The notes below the pieces were generated by a model, which saw only the letters and a list, made by a program, of their open reading frames with translations, ran no database searches and had not been told where the DNA came from. A stretch of 64,000 nt of DNA from an uncultured Clostridia bacterium. GTDB lineage: Bacteria > Bacillota > Clostridia > TANB77 > CAG-508. The DNA lies in the NCBI GenBank assembly GCA_947623555.1, contig CANQGW010000001.1, positions 20,691 through 84,690 of the forward strand, read 5' to 3'. Made by a program: the position numbers and the translations under genes. Position 1 is the first letter of the stretch. Each line of letters starts with the position of its first letter. Below are positions 47,179-57,400 of the stretch, piece by piece.

Positions 47179-47922
47179 ATGAGATTATTATATGTAGATG
47201 AAAGTGGTAGCACTGGACTTGATTTAGATAACAAAAATCAGCCATACTTTATTTTAGCAGGAGTTTGTGTTGAAGATAAAAAATGGCATGAAATAAATGA
47301 CTATTTTGAAGAAGAAAAAATAAAAATATGTCCTGATTTAAAAAATATAGAAATACATACAAACGAATTATTTAATACAAATAAAAAATCACCTTTCTAT
47401 AAAAATAATTGGAAAGACAATTTTGCGATTTTAGAGAAACTAGTAAATCTAGTATCTAGTTTGAATATTCCTGTCAGCAATGTAAAATTATTAAAAAAAA
47501 CTTATAAAAAACATTTCGGAAACAACATTGTTATTGACCCATATCTATATTCTTTTTCTATGCTTTATGAAAAATTCAATGAAGTGTTAGAAACTGAAAA
47601 TGATTTTGGAATAGTTTTTTGTGATGAATTAAAAAATATGGAAAAAAGTTTAGAAATTTTATATCCAAAATTGCAAATTAACAATAAAAATATCATAGAA
47701 AAAACTTTTTATTTAGACTCAAAGAAAAACAATTTTATACAAATTGCTGATATATGTTCTTTCTATATTAACAAATACAATTGTATAAAAGACAATTATA
47801 GCACTATGGACGATTTTAAAAGGAAACATTGTATAAATATGTATGAAAAACTTAATAACAGTATATTAGGTCAGAAAAGAGCTTCTATCCCTTTTGATAA
47901 AATTGATTTTTACTTTAAATAA
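47179..47922 (+). CDS. DUF3800 domain protein
   Basis: The N-terminus MRLLYVDESGSTG and the later IQIADICS are typical of DUF3800. It starts 16 nt after the repressor stop. Confidence 0.7.
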   Translation: MRLLYVDESGSTGLDLDNKNQPYFILAGVCVEDKKWHEINDYFEEEKIKICPDLKNIEIHTNELFNTNKKSPFYKNNWKDNFAILEKLVNLVSSLNIPVSNVKLLKKTYKKHFGNNIVIDPYLYSFSMLYEKFNEVLETENDFGIVFCDELKNMEKSLEILYPKLQINNKNIIEKTFYLDSKKNNFIQIADICSFYINKYNCIKDNYSTMDDFKRKHCINMYEKLNNSILGQKRASIPFDKIDFYFK

Positions 47923-48137
47923 AAATATGCAAGGAGCGATTTTGAGAAAAATCCTTTAGGCTCCTGACGAGGAACCTACTACTCCCTGCTTGTTAAATAT
48001 ATTTTAGCATAAAATATTTAACATGTCAAATATTTGACACTATTATTATATGAAAAACAATTTAATATTATACAAAAATAGAAAATGGAAAAGTTAAGGA
48101 AGTTACATTCTTGTAACTTCCTTATTATACTATTTTG

Positions 48138-48314
48138 TTAATCGTTCTCTAAAATTGGAGCTCCTACAGGGCAAACACCACTGCAAGTTCCACATGCTAT
48201 ACATGCATCTTTGTCTATTACATATTTGCTGTCCCCTTGTGAAATACAAGATACTGGGCAAGCATTACTACATGCTCCACATCCAATACATTTATCTGTA
48301 ATCTTATATGCCAT
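48138..48314 (-). CDS. 2x[4Fe-4S] ferredoxin
   Basis: CIGCGACSNACP and CIACGTCSGVCP are the cluster motifs. I placed the start at MAYKITDKC behind AAAGGTGGTG. Confidence 0.85.
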   Translation of the reverse strand: MAYKITDKCIGCGACSNACPVSCISQGDSKYVIDKDACIACGTCSGVCPVGAPILEND

Positions 48315-48352
48315 ATATTTCACCACCTTTCGTTATTACATTTAGTTTTTAC

Positions 48353-49291
48353 TTATATATCTTCATCTTCTGATTTGTTAGATTTTTCTAATTTTTCTAA
48401 ATTTTCTAATTCTTCTAATTCCTTTTGGTGTTCTTTTTCTTCTGGATCTATCTCTTCTTTTGCTATGTTTTTAATAATTTTTACTTCTGATGCTGGATAT
48501 TTTTTATAAAAAACATCTTCACCATCTTTAAATTTGACTCTAATGGTTTCTTTTAAAGTTTCTATAGATTCAACTGTTCCTTCACCATCTTCTGTTTTTA
48601 CAATTGCACCTATTTTTGGAAGCCTTTTTAATTTATCTTCATAAACATTTTGTTCATATTTTAGGCAGCACATAAGCCTTCCACAATTGCCAGATATTTT
48701 AGATGGATTTAAAGATACGTTTTGTTCTTTTGCCATTTTAATAGATACTGTTTCAAAGTTTCCTAGAAATGAGCAACAACAAAGCTCTCTTCCACAAACC
48801 CCATTTCCACCAATTCTTTTTACCTCGTCTCTTACACCTATTTGCCTTAATTCTATTCTTGTTTTAAAAATTGCTGCTAATTCTTTTACTAAATCTCTAA
48901 AGTCTACTCTTCCATCTGCTGTAAAGTAAAATAAAATTTTGCTATTATCAAATTTATATTCTACTTCAGTTAAATTCATGTCTAATTTATATTTTTTTAT
49001 TTTTTCTTGACAAATTTCAAAGGCTTCTTGTTCTTTTTTTCTATTTTCTTCATCATGTTTTATATCTTTGTATGTTGCAATTCGTATAACTTTTTTTAGT
49101 GGAGTATTTAAGTTTTCGTCTGAAATTGCTTTTTTACTAATAACAACTTCTCCTATTTCTTGCCCCATACTTGTTTCAACTATTACTTTTTCTCCTTTTT
49201 TTATTTCTAAATTTTCAGGATCAAAAAAATATACTTTTCCAGGTTTTCTAAATCTAACCCCTATTATATTTTTCAAAATAATTCCTCCCAT
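48353..49291 (-). CDS. ricT: PSP1-domain protein RicT/YaaT
   Basis: VGVRFRKPGKVYFFDP, the Cys cluster GVCGRELCCC...CGRLMCCLKYE, and holB-yaaT synteny all fit. Confidence 0.85.
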   Translation of the reverse strand: MGGIILKNIIGVRFRKPGKVYFFDPENLEIKKGEKVIVETSMGQEIGEVVISKKAISDENLNTPLKKVIRIATYKDIKHDEENRKKEQEAFEICQEKIKKYKLDMNLTEVEYKFDNSKILFYFTADGRVDFRDLVKELAAIFKTRIELRQIGVRDEVKRIGGNGVCGRELCCCSFLGNFETVSIKMAKEQNVSLNPSKISGNCGRLMCCLKYEQNVYEDKLKRLPKIGAIVKTEDGEGTVESIETLKETIRVKFKDGEDVFYKKYPASEVKIIKNIAKEEIDPEEKEHQKELEELENLEKLEKSNKSEDEDI

Positions 49292-50178
49292 AATTTTAAT
49301 AGCATGTTGTCTATTGTCATATCATAGTTTGCGTTTGATAAAATTCTTTGTTTTGCTTCTTCTATTATATTTATTCCGTTTGCATACGATATTTTGTCTT
49401 CTTTTTTTAAGTTTTCATATAAAACTACTATCATATATTCTAAAAGCGGAATAATATTTTCTTTAGACTTATATAATACTTCTGATTCGAGCCAGACTTT
49501 TGTTATGTTTTGTGTTTGAAGTTTATTTATTATTTCTTCTATTTGTATATATTTTTCTTTTTCTTCTAGTATTTTAATTATTCTGCCAATGCTACCTTCA
49601 CTTTCTTTAATCATAGCATTTGTAATGTTTGCGTCTAATTTATTTTGCTTTAAGTAATTTACAACTTGCTCATTTGCAATTGGCATAAAATATATTTTTA
49701 TGCAACGAGATTTTATGGTTGTAAGTAATTTGCTTTCATTAGAAGTAAGTAAGATAAGTACAGCATATTCTGGTGGTTCTTCTAATGTTTTTAGTAAACA
49801 GTTTGCTGCTTCTCTTGTCATGGTTTGTGCTTCGTCAATAATATATACTTTTTTTGATGATGTAACTGGCTTTTCTGCTATTTTTTCTTGCAAGTATCTT
49901 ATTTGTTCTATTTTTATATTTTTGCCATCTTCTGGCTGTATTAGCATAAAGTCTGGATGGTTTGAGCTTGCGTATTCTATGCAGGACTTACATTTTTTGC
50001 AAGGTTTATTTTCATTTTCCATGCACAGTATCATTTTTGCAAATTCTTTTGCAAATAAGCTTTTTCCTATTCCTTCTATGCCAACAAATAGGTAGCTATG
50101 TAGTATGTTTTGGTCTGATACTGCTGAAGTTAATATAGCTTTTATTTTTTCATTGCCTATTATATTTTCAAAAGCCAC
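49273..50178 (-). CDS. holB: DNA polymerase III delta-prime subunit
   Basis: HSYLFVGIEGIGK (Walker-like), the zinc module C..C..C, and IIDEAQTMT...NCLLKTLEEPP are present. Confidence 0.85.
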   Translation of the reverse strand: MAFENIIGNEKIKAILTSAVSDQNILHSYLFVGIEGIGKSLFAKEFAKMILCMENENKPCKKCKSCIEYASSNHPDFMLIQPEDGKNIKIEQIRYLQEKIAEKPVTSSKKVYIIDEAQTMTREAANCLLKTLEEPPEYAVLILLTSNESKLLTTIKSRCIKIYFMPIANEQVVNYLKQNKLDANITNAMIKESEGSIGRIIKILEEKEKYIQIEEIINKLQTQNITKVWLESEVLYKSKENIIPLLEYMIVVLYENLKKEDKISYANGINIIEEAKQRILSNANYDMTIDNMLLKLWEELF

Positions 50179-50201
50179 CTTATGCCTCCTAAATTAATTT
50201 T

Positions 50202-50855
50202 CTAGACCTTGCCCAATAAATTTAATGGCCAAAAGCGAATCCACACTTTGCTTTCAATTTTTTCTATTGGAATACAGCCAAATGATCTGCAGTCAGTTGA
50301 CCTAGACCTATTATCTCCCATTGCGAATACGCATCCTTCTGGCACTACAATATCACTAAAAGCTATTGGTGTTCCAACATTTTGTGGTGTTTCTAATCCT
50401 TCTCTTAAGTAATCTTCTTGTAATTTTTCACCATTAATATATACATGTCCGCCTTCTATTTTTACATGCTCTCCTGGTAAGCCTATAACTCTTTTTATAT
50501 AACTTTCTTTTCCAATTTCTAATACATAGTATGCAAATTTTTGAAACCATCCTGTTGGTTCGTTTTCATATTTAGCAACTGGATTTTTTAAGTCTATCTC
50601 ATTATAAGATGAATAAGCTTTAACACTAGGGGCTTCAAATGTAATAATATCACCTCTTTGTGGTGCCTGCTTTGTAGTTCTATATAATCTATTTAAAATT
50701 AATCTTTGACCATTTTCTAATGTTGGGTACATTGACTCTTGGCTTACTATAGTTGGTGTTCCTATAAAATATTTAATTAAAACAGCCAATGTAAATGCTA
50801 TAACTATACATAAAATCCATTCTAATATATTTTTCACTTTATCGCTAATTGTCAT
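50202..50855 (-). CDS. lepB: signal peptidase I
   Basis: SMYPTL (catalytic Ser), KRVIGLPGE and GDNRSRSTDCRSFG are the S26 boxes. Confidence 0.9.
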   Translation of the reverse strand: MTISDKVKNILEWILCIVIAFTLAVLIKYFIGTPTIVSQESMYPTLENGQRLILNRLYRTTKQAPQRGDIITFEAPSVKAYSSYNEIDLKNPVAKYENEPTGWFQKFAYYVLEIGKESYIKRVIGLPGEHVKIEGGHVYINGEKLQEDYLREGLETPQNVGTPIAFSDIVVPEGCVFAMGDNRSRSTDCRSFGCIPIEKIESKVWIRFWPLNLLGKV

Positions 50856-50870
50856 TTTGCTTTTCCTTCC

Positions 50871-52298
50871 TTATTTTTTATTAACAGGTATTCTAATTAC
50901 TACTTCTGTACCTTTGCCAGCCTCACTTTTTATGTCTATACTTCCATTGTTTTGGTCTAATATTTCTTTGGCAATAGGTAAGCCCAAACCTGTTCCACCC
51001 ATTTCACGGGTTCTAGCCTTATCTACTCTATAAAATCTTTCAAATATTCTAGATAAATCACTTTCAGGAATTCCTATTCCGTTATCAATTACTTTTATAT
51101 ATGCATCATTATAAACAAATCCTACATATACTTTTATAGTACCATTTTCTTTAGTGTATTTAATAGCATTTGATATAATATTTAATATTACTCTTTCTAT
51201 TCCATATTTATCGGCATGCACAGGTGGAACATTAGCTGTAACAAAACATTCCACATTATGCTGCTTTTTTTCTATTTCAAACTTTAACCTTTCTATACAT
51301 TTTTTAGTTAAATCACCTAAATCAAATTCTGATTCTTCTTTAATAATTTTTTTATTATCATACCTAGAAAGTATTAAAAGGTCTGTTACAAGTTTTGCCA
51401 TTCTTCTTGCTTCCGAGCTAATTACCTCTAAAAATTTGGTTTGCATTTCTTTGTCATATTCCGATTCTAACAAAGTATCTGCATAGCCCATAATAGATGT
51501 AATTGGGGTTTTAAGTTCGTGAGAAACATCTGCTACAAATTCTTTTCTCATATTATCAAGTTTTACATGCTCTGTAATATCCTGTATTACCACAATTACC
51601 CCTGCTGGTTTATCATTTTCGTCTTGAAAAGGTGCGAAAAGAAGGTTTACATATTTTTCACCTATATTAAGCCTTTGCTTGGATGTAGTCCAATTCTCTA
51701 AATATACTATTTTTTCTAGATTTATATCTGAATGTAATTTATTAAATATTTGATCAAAATTTTGCTCTTGACTACTTAAATTTAATAGTTGCATTGCTGC
51801 AGGGTTTATATGGATAATTGCGCCTTCCATATCAAATGCAATAATTCCATCTGTCATGTGACGCAAAATAGTTTCTATTTGCTTTTTTTGCTTTCCCATT
51901 TCGTTTAAGTTTTGTTTTAGCTCTTTTGTCATTAAACTAAAAGCATTAACTAGTTCGTCTATCTGTGTCTTTTTTTTGGCTGTTTCTTGTATTTGTACTT
52001 CTTCGCCTTTTGCAATTTTTTCTGCATTTTGAATTAATTGATCTATTGGCTTAACTACTGACTTTGATACAAAATAGCCAACCAATAATGTAATAATGGC
52101 AAATACACCAATTGCAATTATTGAAACTACTTCTGTTTGTGAAATTTGCCCTTTTATTATGCTATAGGCATCATCATTAATAAGTGATTTTCCTATTTGC
52201 TCTAACATTAAAATATGAAAAACTGAAAGTGCACTAATTACAATTATACCTAAAATAAAGAAAATCAATATAATTTTCGTTTGTATATTTTTAATCAT
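50871..52298 (-). CDS. sensor histidine kinase (HAMP-PAS-HisKA-HATPase)
   Basis: It has two TM segments, the H-box FVADVSHELKTPIT, the N-box NAIKYT and the G-box GTGLGLPIA. Confidence 0.85.
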   Translation of the reverse strand: MIKNIQTKIILIFFILGIIVISALSVFHILMLEQIGKSLINDDAYSIIKGQISQTEVVSIIAIGVFAIITLLVGYFVSKSVVKPIDQLIQNAEKIAKGEEVQIQETAKKKTQIDELVNAFSLMTKELKQNLNEMGKQKKQIETILRHMTDGIIAFDMEGAIIHINPAAMQLLNLSSQEQNFDQIFNKLHSDINLEKIVYLENWTTSKQRLNIGEKYVNLLFAPFQDENDKPAGVIVVIQDITEHVKLDNMRKEFVADVSHELKTPITSIMGYADTLLESEYDKEMQTKFLEVISSEARRMAKLVTDLLILSRYDNKKIIKEESEFDLGDLTKKCIERLKFEIEKKQHNVECFVTANVPPVHADKYGIERVILNIISNAIKYTKENGTIKVYVGFVYNDAYIKVIDNGIGIPESDLSRIFERFYRVDKARTREMGGTGLGLPIAKEILDQNNGSIDIKSEAGKGTEVVIRIPVNKK

Positions 52299-52310
52299 TT
52301 CAAATTCCTC

Positions 52311-53102
52311 TTAATTATTGGCTAAATAGTAGCCCACTCCTCTTTTTGTAATTAAAATTTTTGGAGCTGATGTATCTTTTTCAATTTTTTCTCTAATTCT
52401 TCTAACTGTAACATCAACTGTTCTTATATCTCCATAATATTCATAGCCCCATACCTTTTCTAGTAATATTTCTCTAGTTACTACTTGTCCTGGTTGATTT
52501 GCTAAATATCTTAATACTTCAAATTCTCTTAAAGTTAGGTCTATAACTTTTCCTCTTACCCTAACTTCAAATTTATCTAAATTAATGGTTAATTCTCCTA
52601 GTTCTATAATATTATTTGCCTTTTTTGTTTCTTCTACATTTTCAGTTACTTGGTTTGATAGTTCTGCTTTTCTCAAATTTGCTTTTACTCTAGCAATTAA
52701 TTCTCTTACACTAAATGGTTTTGTAATATAGTCGTCTGCGCCTAGTTCTAGACCTAATATTTTATCTATTTCTTCATCTTTTGCAGATAAAATTAAAATT
52801 GGAACACTTAAGGTTTGTCTAAGTCTTTTACATACAGTTAATCCATCTATTTTTGGAAGCATTATATCTAACAAAATAAGATCTGGCTTTTTTTCGTTTG
52901 CAAGCCTAATTGCCTCTTCACCATCATTTGCCTCTAATGTTTGATATCCTTCCTTTTGCAAATTATATACTAAAATATCAACTATTCTTTTTTCATCATC
53001 TACAACAAGAATAGTTTTTTTTAATTCTTCTTGATATCCTTCTCCTTCATTTGATACTGATGTATTTTGAACATCTGCTACATTTTCATTTTTTTCTTCC
53101 AC
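52311..53102 (-). CDS. OmpR-family response regulator
   Basis: It has a receiver domain (ILVVDDE...DLILLDIMLP) and a winged-helix domain (LTLREFEVLRYL...RGVGY). The N-terminal ~28 aa acidic extension is unusual. Confidence 0.9.
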   Translation of the reverse strand: MEEKNENVADVQNTSVSNEGEGYQEELKKTILVVDDEKRIVDILVYNLQKEGYQTLEANDGEEAIRLANEKKPDLILLDIMLPKIDGLTVCKRLRQTLSVPILILSAKDEEIDKILGLELGADDYITKPFSVRELIARVKANLRKAELSNQVTENVEETKKANNIIELGELTINLDKFEVRVRGKVIDLTLREFEVLRYLANQPGQVVTREILLEKVWGYEYYGDIRTVDVTVRRIREKIEKDTSAPKILITKRGVGYYLANN

Positions 53103-53312
53103 TAAAACCCCGCCTTTCTTGTTAGAGTTATTATTTAGCTTATTTTAGTATAACTATATCATATTAATTTTTGTTTAACAAGATTTTTTATACAATTTTG
53201 TAATATTTTTGAAACAATAAAGAAATATAATTGAAATCTATTGTTAAAAAAATACCCATTAAAGAAACTTATTAAAAAATAGTTTCTTTAATGGGTTGTT
53301 ACTTATTTTTTA

Positions 53313-54368
53313 TTATCTTTCAGAATCTTGATTATATTCAGGGCGACTTGCCTTTTCCTTATTTTGTCCTACTCTAATATGAGGTATATTTTCCTTATCA
53401 AATTGAGCTAATGTAATCTTTTTATTGTTTTTGCCTTGAATTACTTGCATTGTAGCAAATTCTTGCAATTTCTTATTATATTTTTTAATATCTTTAGTTG
53501 CATTTAGTTCACTAATTTGGCTATTTTCAAGTTGTTCTACAACATTTTCTAATTCCTGTTTTGAACAAATAAGATCATAAAATTCTTTTGGCATATTATT
53601 TTGGAACATACCTAATGCTCCATCTTCATAATAATACTCTGCTAACTTTTGTTGACCTGTTTTGCTTGGATCATACGCATTTTTATAAGCTGTAATCCTA
53701 ATATAGTTACCTGCTGAACCTCTTAAATCTTTTTCATTATATATATTAATATTTTCTGTGCTGCACTCTAAAGATGCTGCTATTTTTTCTTTTACTATTT
53801 GATTAATTAGTTTATTCATTCTTTGTGATGTTTCAATTAATTCTTGTTTAGATGGTACTATATCTTCTTCTGATTCAAACATATTATTATATGTTAATAG
53901 CTCATTAGCTGTTTGTTCACTTATATTAAAATCATCAACTATGGCTCCTGCTTCAATTAATGGCGTTATTCCACCTGAATAGCTATTAGCATTTGTTATG
54001 GCATTATCTACTATTATTCCAATAGTTCCAAGACCTATTATTGCTGCTGCCATTCCAGCCGCTAATTTTGCTCTTGAATGTTTCTTTTTCTTTTCATTAT
54101 TATTAGCTCTTCTAGCAGAGCCTTTTTCAGCCGTTAATTTTCTTTCTTCACGTTTTTTTAATCTTAAATACCTGCTTTTATTTTCCTCATATTGACTTCT
54201 CCTATCAACAACTGTCCTTTGAGTATCCCTTGGCTTTTCTTCATATCTTCTTCTATTAAGACTATTTCTAGCTTCCCCATAACTTCTAAATGCTTTATCT
54301 CCAACACTAGCTACTGGTCTATCAAATTCTTCTTGCATTTCTTTTCTAAAATCCTCTGATGATCCCAT
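53313..54368 (-). CDS. hypothetical membrane-anchored protein
   Basis: It has a basic N-terminal ~100 aa, one TM segment (AAGMAAAIIGLGTIGIIV) and an extracytoplasmic domain. I recognise no family. Confidence 0.5.
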   Translation of the reverse strand: MGSSEDFRKEMQEEFDRPVASVGDKAFRSYGEARNSLNRRRYEEKPRDTQRTVVDRRSQYEENKSRYLRLKKREERKLTAEKGSARRANNNEKKKKHSRAKLAAGMAAAIIGLGTIGIIVDNAITNANSYSGGITPLIEAGAIVDDFNISEQTANELLTYNNMFESEEDIVPSKQELIETSQRMNKLINQIVKEKIAASLECSTENINIYNEKDLRGSAGNYIRITAYKNAYDPSKTGQQKLAEYYYEDGALGMFQNNMPKEFYDLICSKQELENVVEQLENSQISELNATKDIKKYNKKLQEFATMQVIQGKNNKKITLAQFDKENIPHIRVGQNKEKASRPEYNQDSER

Positions 54369-54457
54369 AATTAAAACCTCCTTTGTGTAAGCACATAAAC
54401 ATTAAGCATTTTATTTACACTATTAATTATAACATTTTAGCCAAAAAATGTCAAAAA

Positions 54458-54488
54458 AATACCAATTGGGCTATACCCAATTGGTATT
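54458..54488 (-). terminator. rho-independent terminator after the giant glucan-synthase gene
   Basis: AATACCAATTGGG CTAT ACCCAATTGGTATT is followed by a T-run on the minus strand. Confidence 0.8.
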
Positions 54489-54489
54489 T

Positions 54490-57400
54490 TTACATTTCTA
54501 CTTCTATATTATAAACTCCTCCACTTGAATTTAAGGTCACCTCTTTTTCAGGTATTATTGTGTCATTTAACTTAAATGAGGTTATTCCATTACATTTTCC
54601 ATTTGGGTTAGTTATATGAATATGATAAATACTACTTCCATATTTATATTTTATACTATATTCCTTCCAGTCGCTTGGAATACAAGGCTCTATTTTAAGC
54701 TTTTGTTTTTCTATTTTTAGCCCTAATAAATATTTAATTCCCGCTTCGTACATCCAACTGCTTGAGCCAGTATACCAAGTCCAACCTCCACGACCTGCTA
54801 AATTCTTTTGCCCATAAATATCTGCAGATATTACATATGGCTCAACCTTATATTTATTTGCCGCTTCCTTTGTTCTACTATGCTCTATTGGATTTATCAT
54901 TCTATAATATTCCCATGCTTTATTTCCAAAACCTAAAATTGCTTCTGCAATAATTGCCCAAATAGCTGCATGTGTGTATTGTCCACCGTTTTCCCTTGTT
55001 CCTGGAAGATAAGCTTTAATATAGCCTGGGTTTAAATTTGATTTATCAAATGGTGGATCTAAAAGTTTTATAAGTCCATTTTCTTTGTCTACTAAATGGT
55101 TTTCTAGGCTTTCCATAGAAATATATTTTTTATCATTATCACCTGCACCTGATATTACTGACCAGCTTTGTGCTATGCTGTCTATTCTACACTCTTGGTT
55201 TTGAATACTTCCAAGTACATTTCCATCATCCATAAATGCCCTTTTATACCATCTTCCGTCCCATCCATTATTATTTAATGCCTTTTTTAACTTTTCAGAT
55301 ATATTTTCATATTGTTTTGCAAGTTCTTCTTCTCCTTTATAAATACATATTGGTATAAATTTTTGAAGAATAATATATAAGAAAAAACCAAGCCATACAC
55401 TCTCACCTATTCCAAGGTTACCCACCTTGCTAAACCCATCATTCCAGTCACCAGAACCTATTTTAGGAAGTTTATTTTCTCCAAAATTTAATGAAATTTG
55501 AATTGCCTTTTTGCAATGCTCATATATGCTTTCTACTACATCAGATGGTGGGTAATATTCGTATTTTTCATCTTCATCTGGCTTTAATACCTCTCCTTGT
55601 AGGTATTGAGCATTTTCTTCTAATAAGCTCATATCACCAGTAAAGTCAATATATTCTTCTACTAAATACACAAGCCATAATCTATCATCACTAAATTTAG
55701 TTCTAATTCCTCTTAAAGTTTCTTCATGCCACCAGTGCAAAACGTCACCTTCTACAAATTGATACTTACTATGCTTTATAATTTGCTCTTTCATTAAGTT
55801 TATATTGCTATATTTTAATGCTATAGTATCTTGAAGTTGATCTCTAAAGCCAAATGCTCCTCCTGACTGATAGTATCCAGTTCTGCCTAACATTCGTGAT
55901 GCTAGTATTTGATATATAAGCCATCCATTTAGTAAAATATTAGTAGATTCTAGTGGTGTAGAAACCTGAAGTTTTTCTGTTTGCTCTTTCCAATATCTTT
56001 TTGTTTTTTCATATTCTTCATCTACTTTGGCCATGTTTGTATATTGGTATGCTAAATCTTGACATTCTAAAACTGTACTTCCTACCCCAAAAGCTAGTAT
56101 AACTTTTTTTGTTTCTAATGCCTCTAGCTCTACTTCACATTGAATAGCTATTATTCCATTTTCCCATAATGAATTTTCTTTGTTTAGTTCTATTTGTTTT
56201 ATAGCATCTGGAGCACTTAAGTTTCCCTTGCCTATAAATGCATCTTTACTTCCTGTATATGATGTAATTTTTTCACTACTACAAACAAATAAATATTGTG
56301 AAAATTCATCTTCTGCAGATAAATTTTTCATACATACTAAATTAGATTTTTCGTAGAATTCTAAATTCAAATATTCATTAGTTTTTAGCTCATCTTCCCC
56401 AAGTACTGGTTTTAAATAATAAATTAATTTTATTTTTTTCTTTTTTAATTCATTATTTTCTAATTTTAATATTTGAATTTTAACCATGTCATTTAATGGA
56501 ATAAACATGTCTAACTTTTGGCTTAAGCCCTTGCTATGGTGCATATATTTGCTGTATCCAAAGCCATAAGTTATATAATAGTCATTTTCATCTGGGCAAG
56601 GTGCTAACCCTAATGACCATATTTTTTTGGTTTGCATATCTTGCAAATAAATAATTTCTGATGGCACATCTACTACCGGCATATTATTCCATGCTGTTAG
56701 CCTGTTTAACCTACTATTTTTATACCAAGTATAACCTCCCATGCTTTCTGTTACTAGTGTTCCAAATTTTTTATTTGAAATTACATGGCTCCATACTGTT
56801 GGTAATTTTTCTTCTTTGTTTACACGAATATAATATTCCTTTCCATCTTCTAAAAATCCACCATATTCATTTAAATATTTTAAATTTTCTAGTTTTTCTC
56901 TAATTGGTTTTTCATCTTCTACTATGTTTATCTGTTCTTCTTGCGGCATTTGTTTAATTTCATCTAAATATTCTTCTTCTAATTCTTTTAAATATCTAGC
57001 ACTACTTCCATAACCTGCATCTATGGTTAAGTTCGCACGATTTTCTAAAAAGTTTATTTCATCTTCTGATAGGCTATCTAGTACAAATATTCCTCCAGAT
57101 ATGTTTTGTAAATATCCTATATTTTCATTTAATATGCAAGTTAATATACTATCTTTTAAGGTGCTTTGGTAACTGTATGGCTCTCTATTTATAATAACTA
57201 AATCTATTCTAATATTTTTTACATAAAAATAATGATATAATTTTAATAATTGCTCTACTACCTCTATTTCTTCTGCATTTTTTATTTTAATTGCTAAAAT
57301 TGGTAAGTCGCCAGAAATGCCATATTGCCATAATTTACTTACTGGCATATTTTCCTGCACGTTACAATAAAGCTTTTTAAGTGGATTTGCATATAGTAGA

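Noticed and set aside
46474-47922. A prophage or integrated element around the CI-like repressor.
   Set aside because: There is no integrase, no phage structural or replication genes, no flanking direct repeats and no tRNA target. At most it is a two-gene remnant or module, and I reported it as such.
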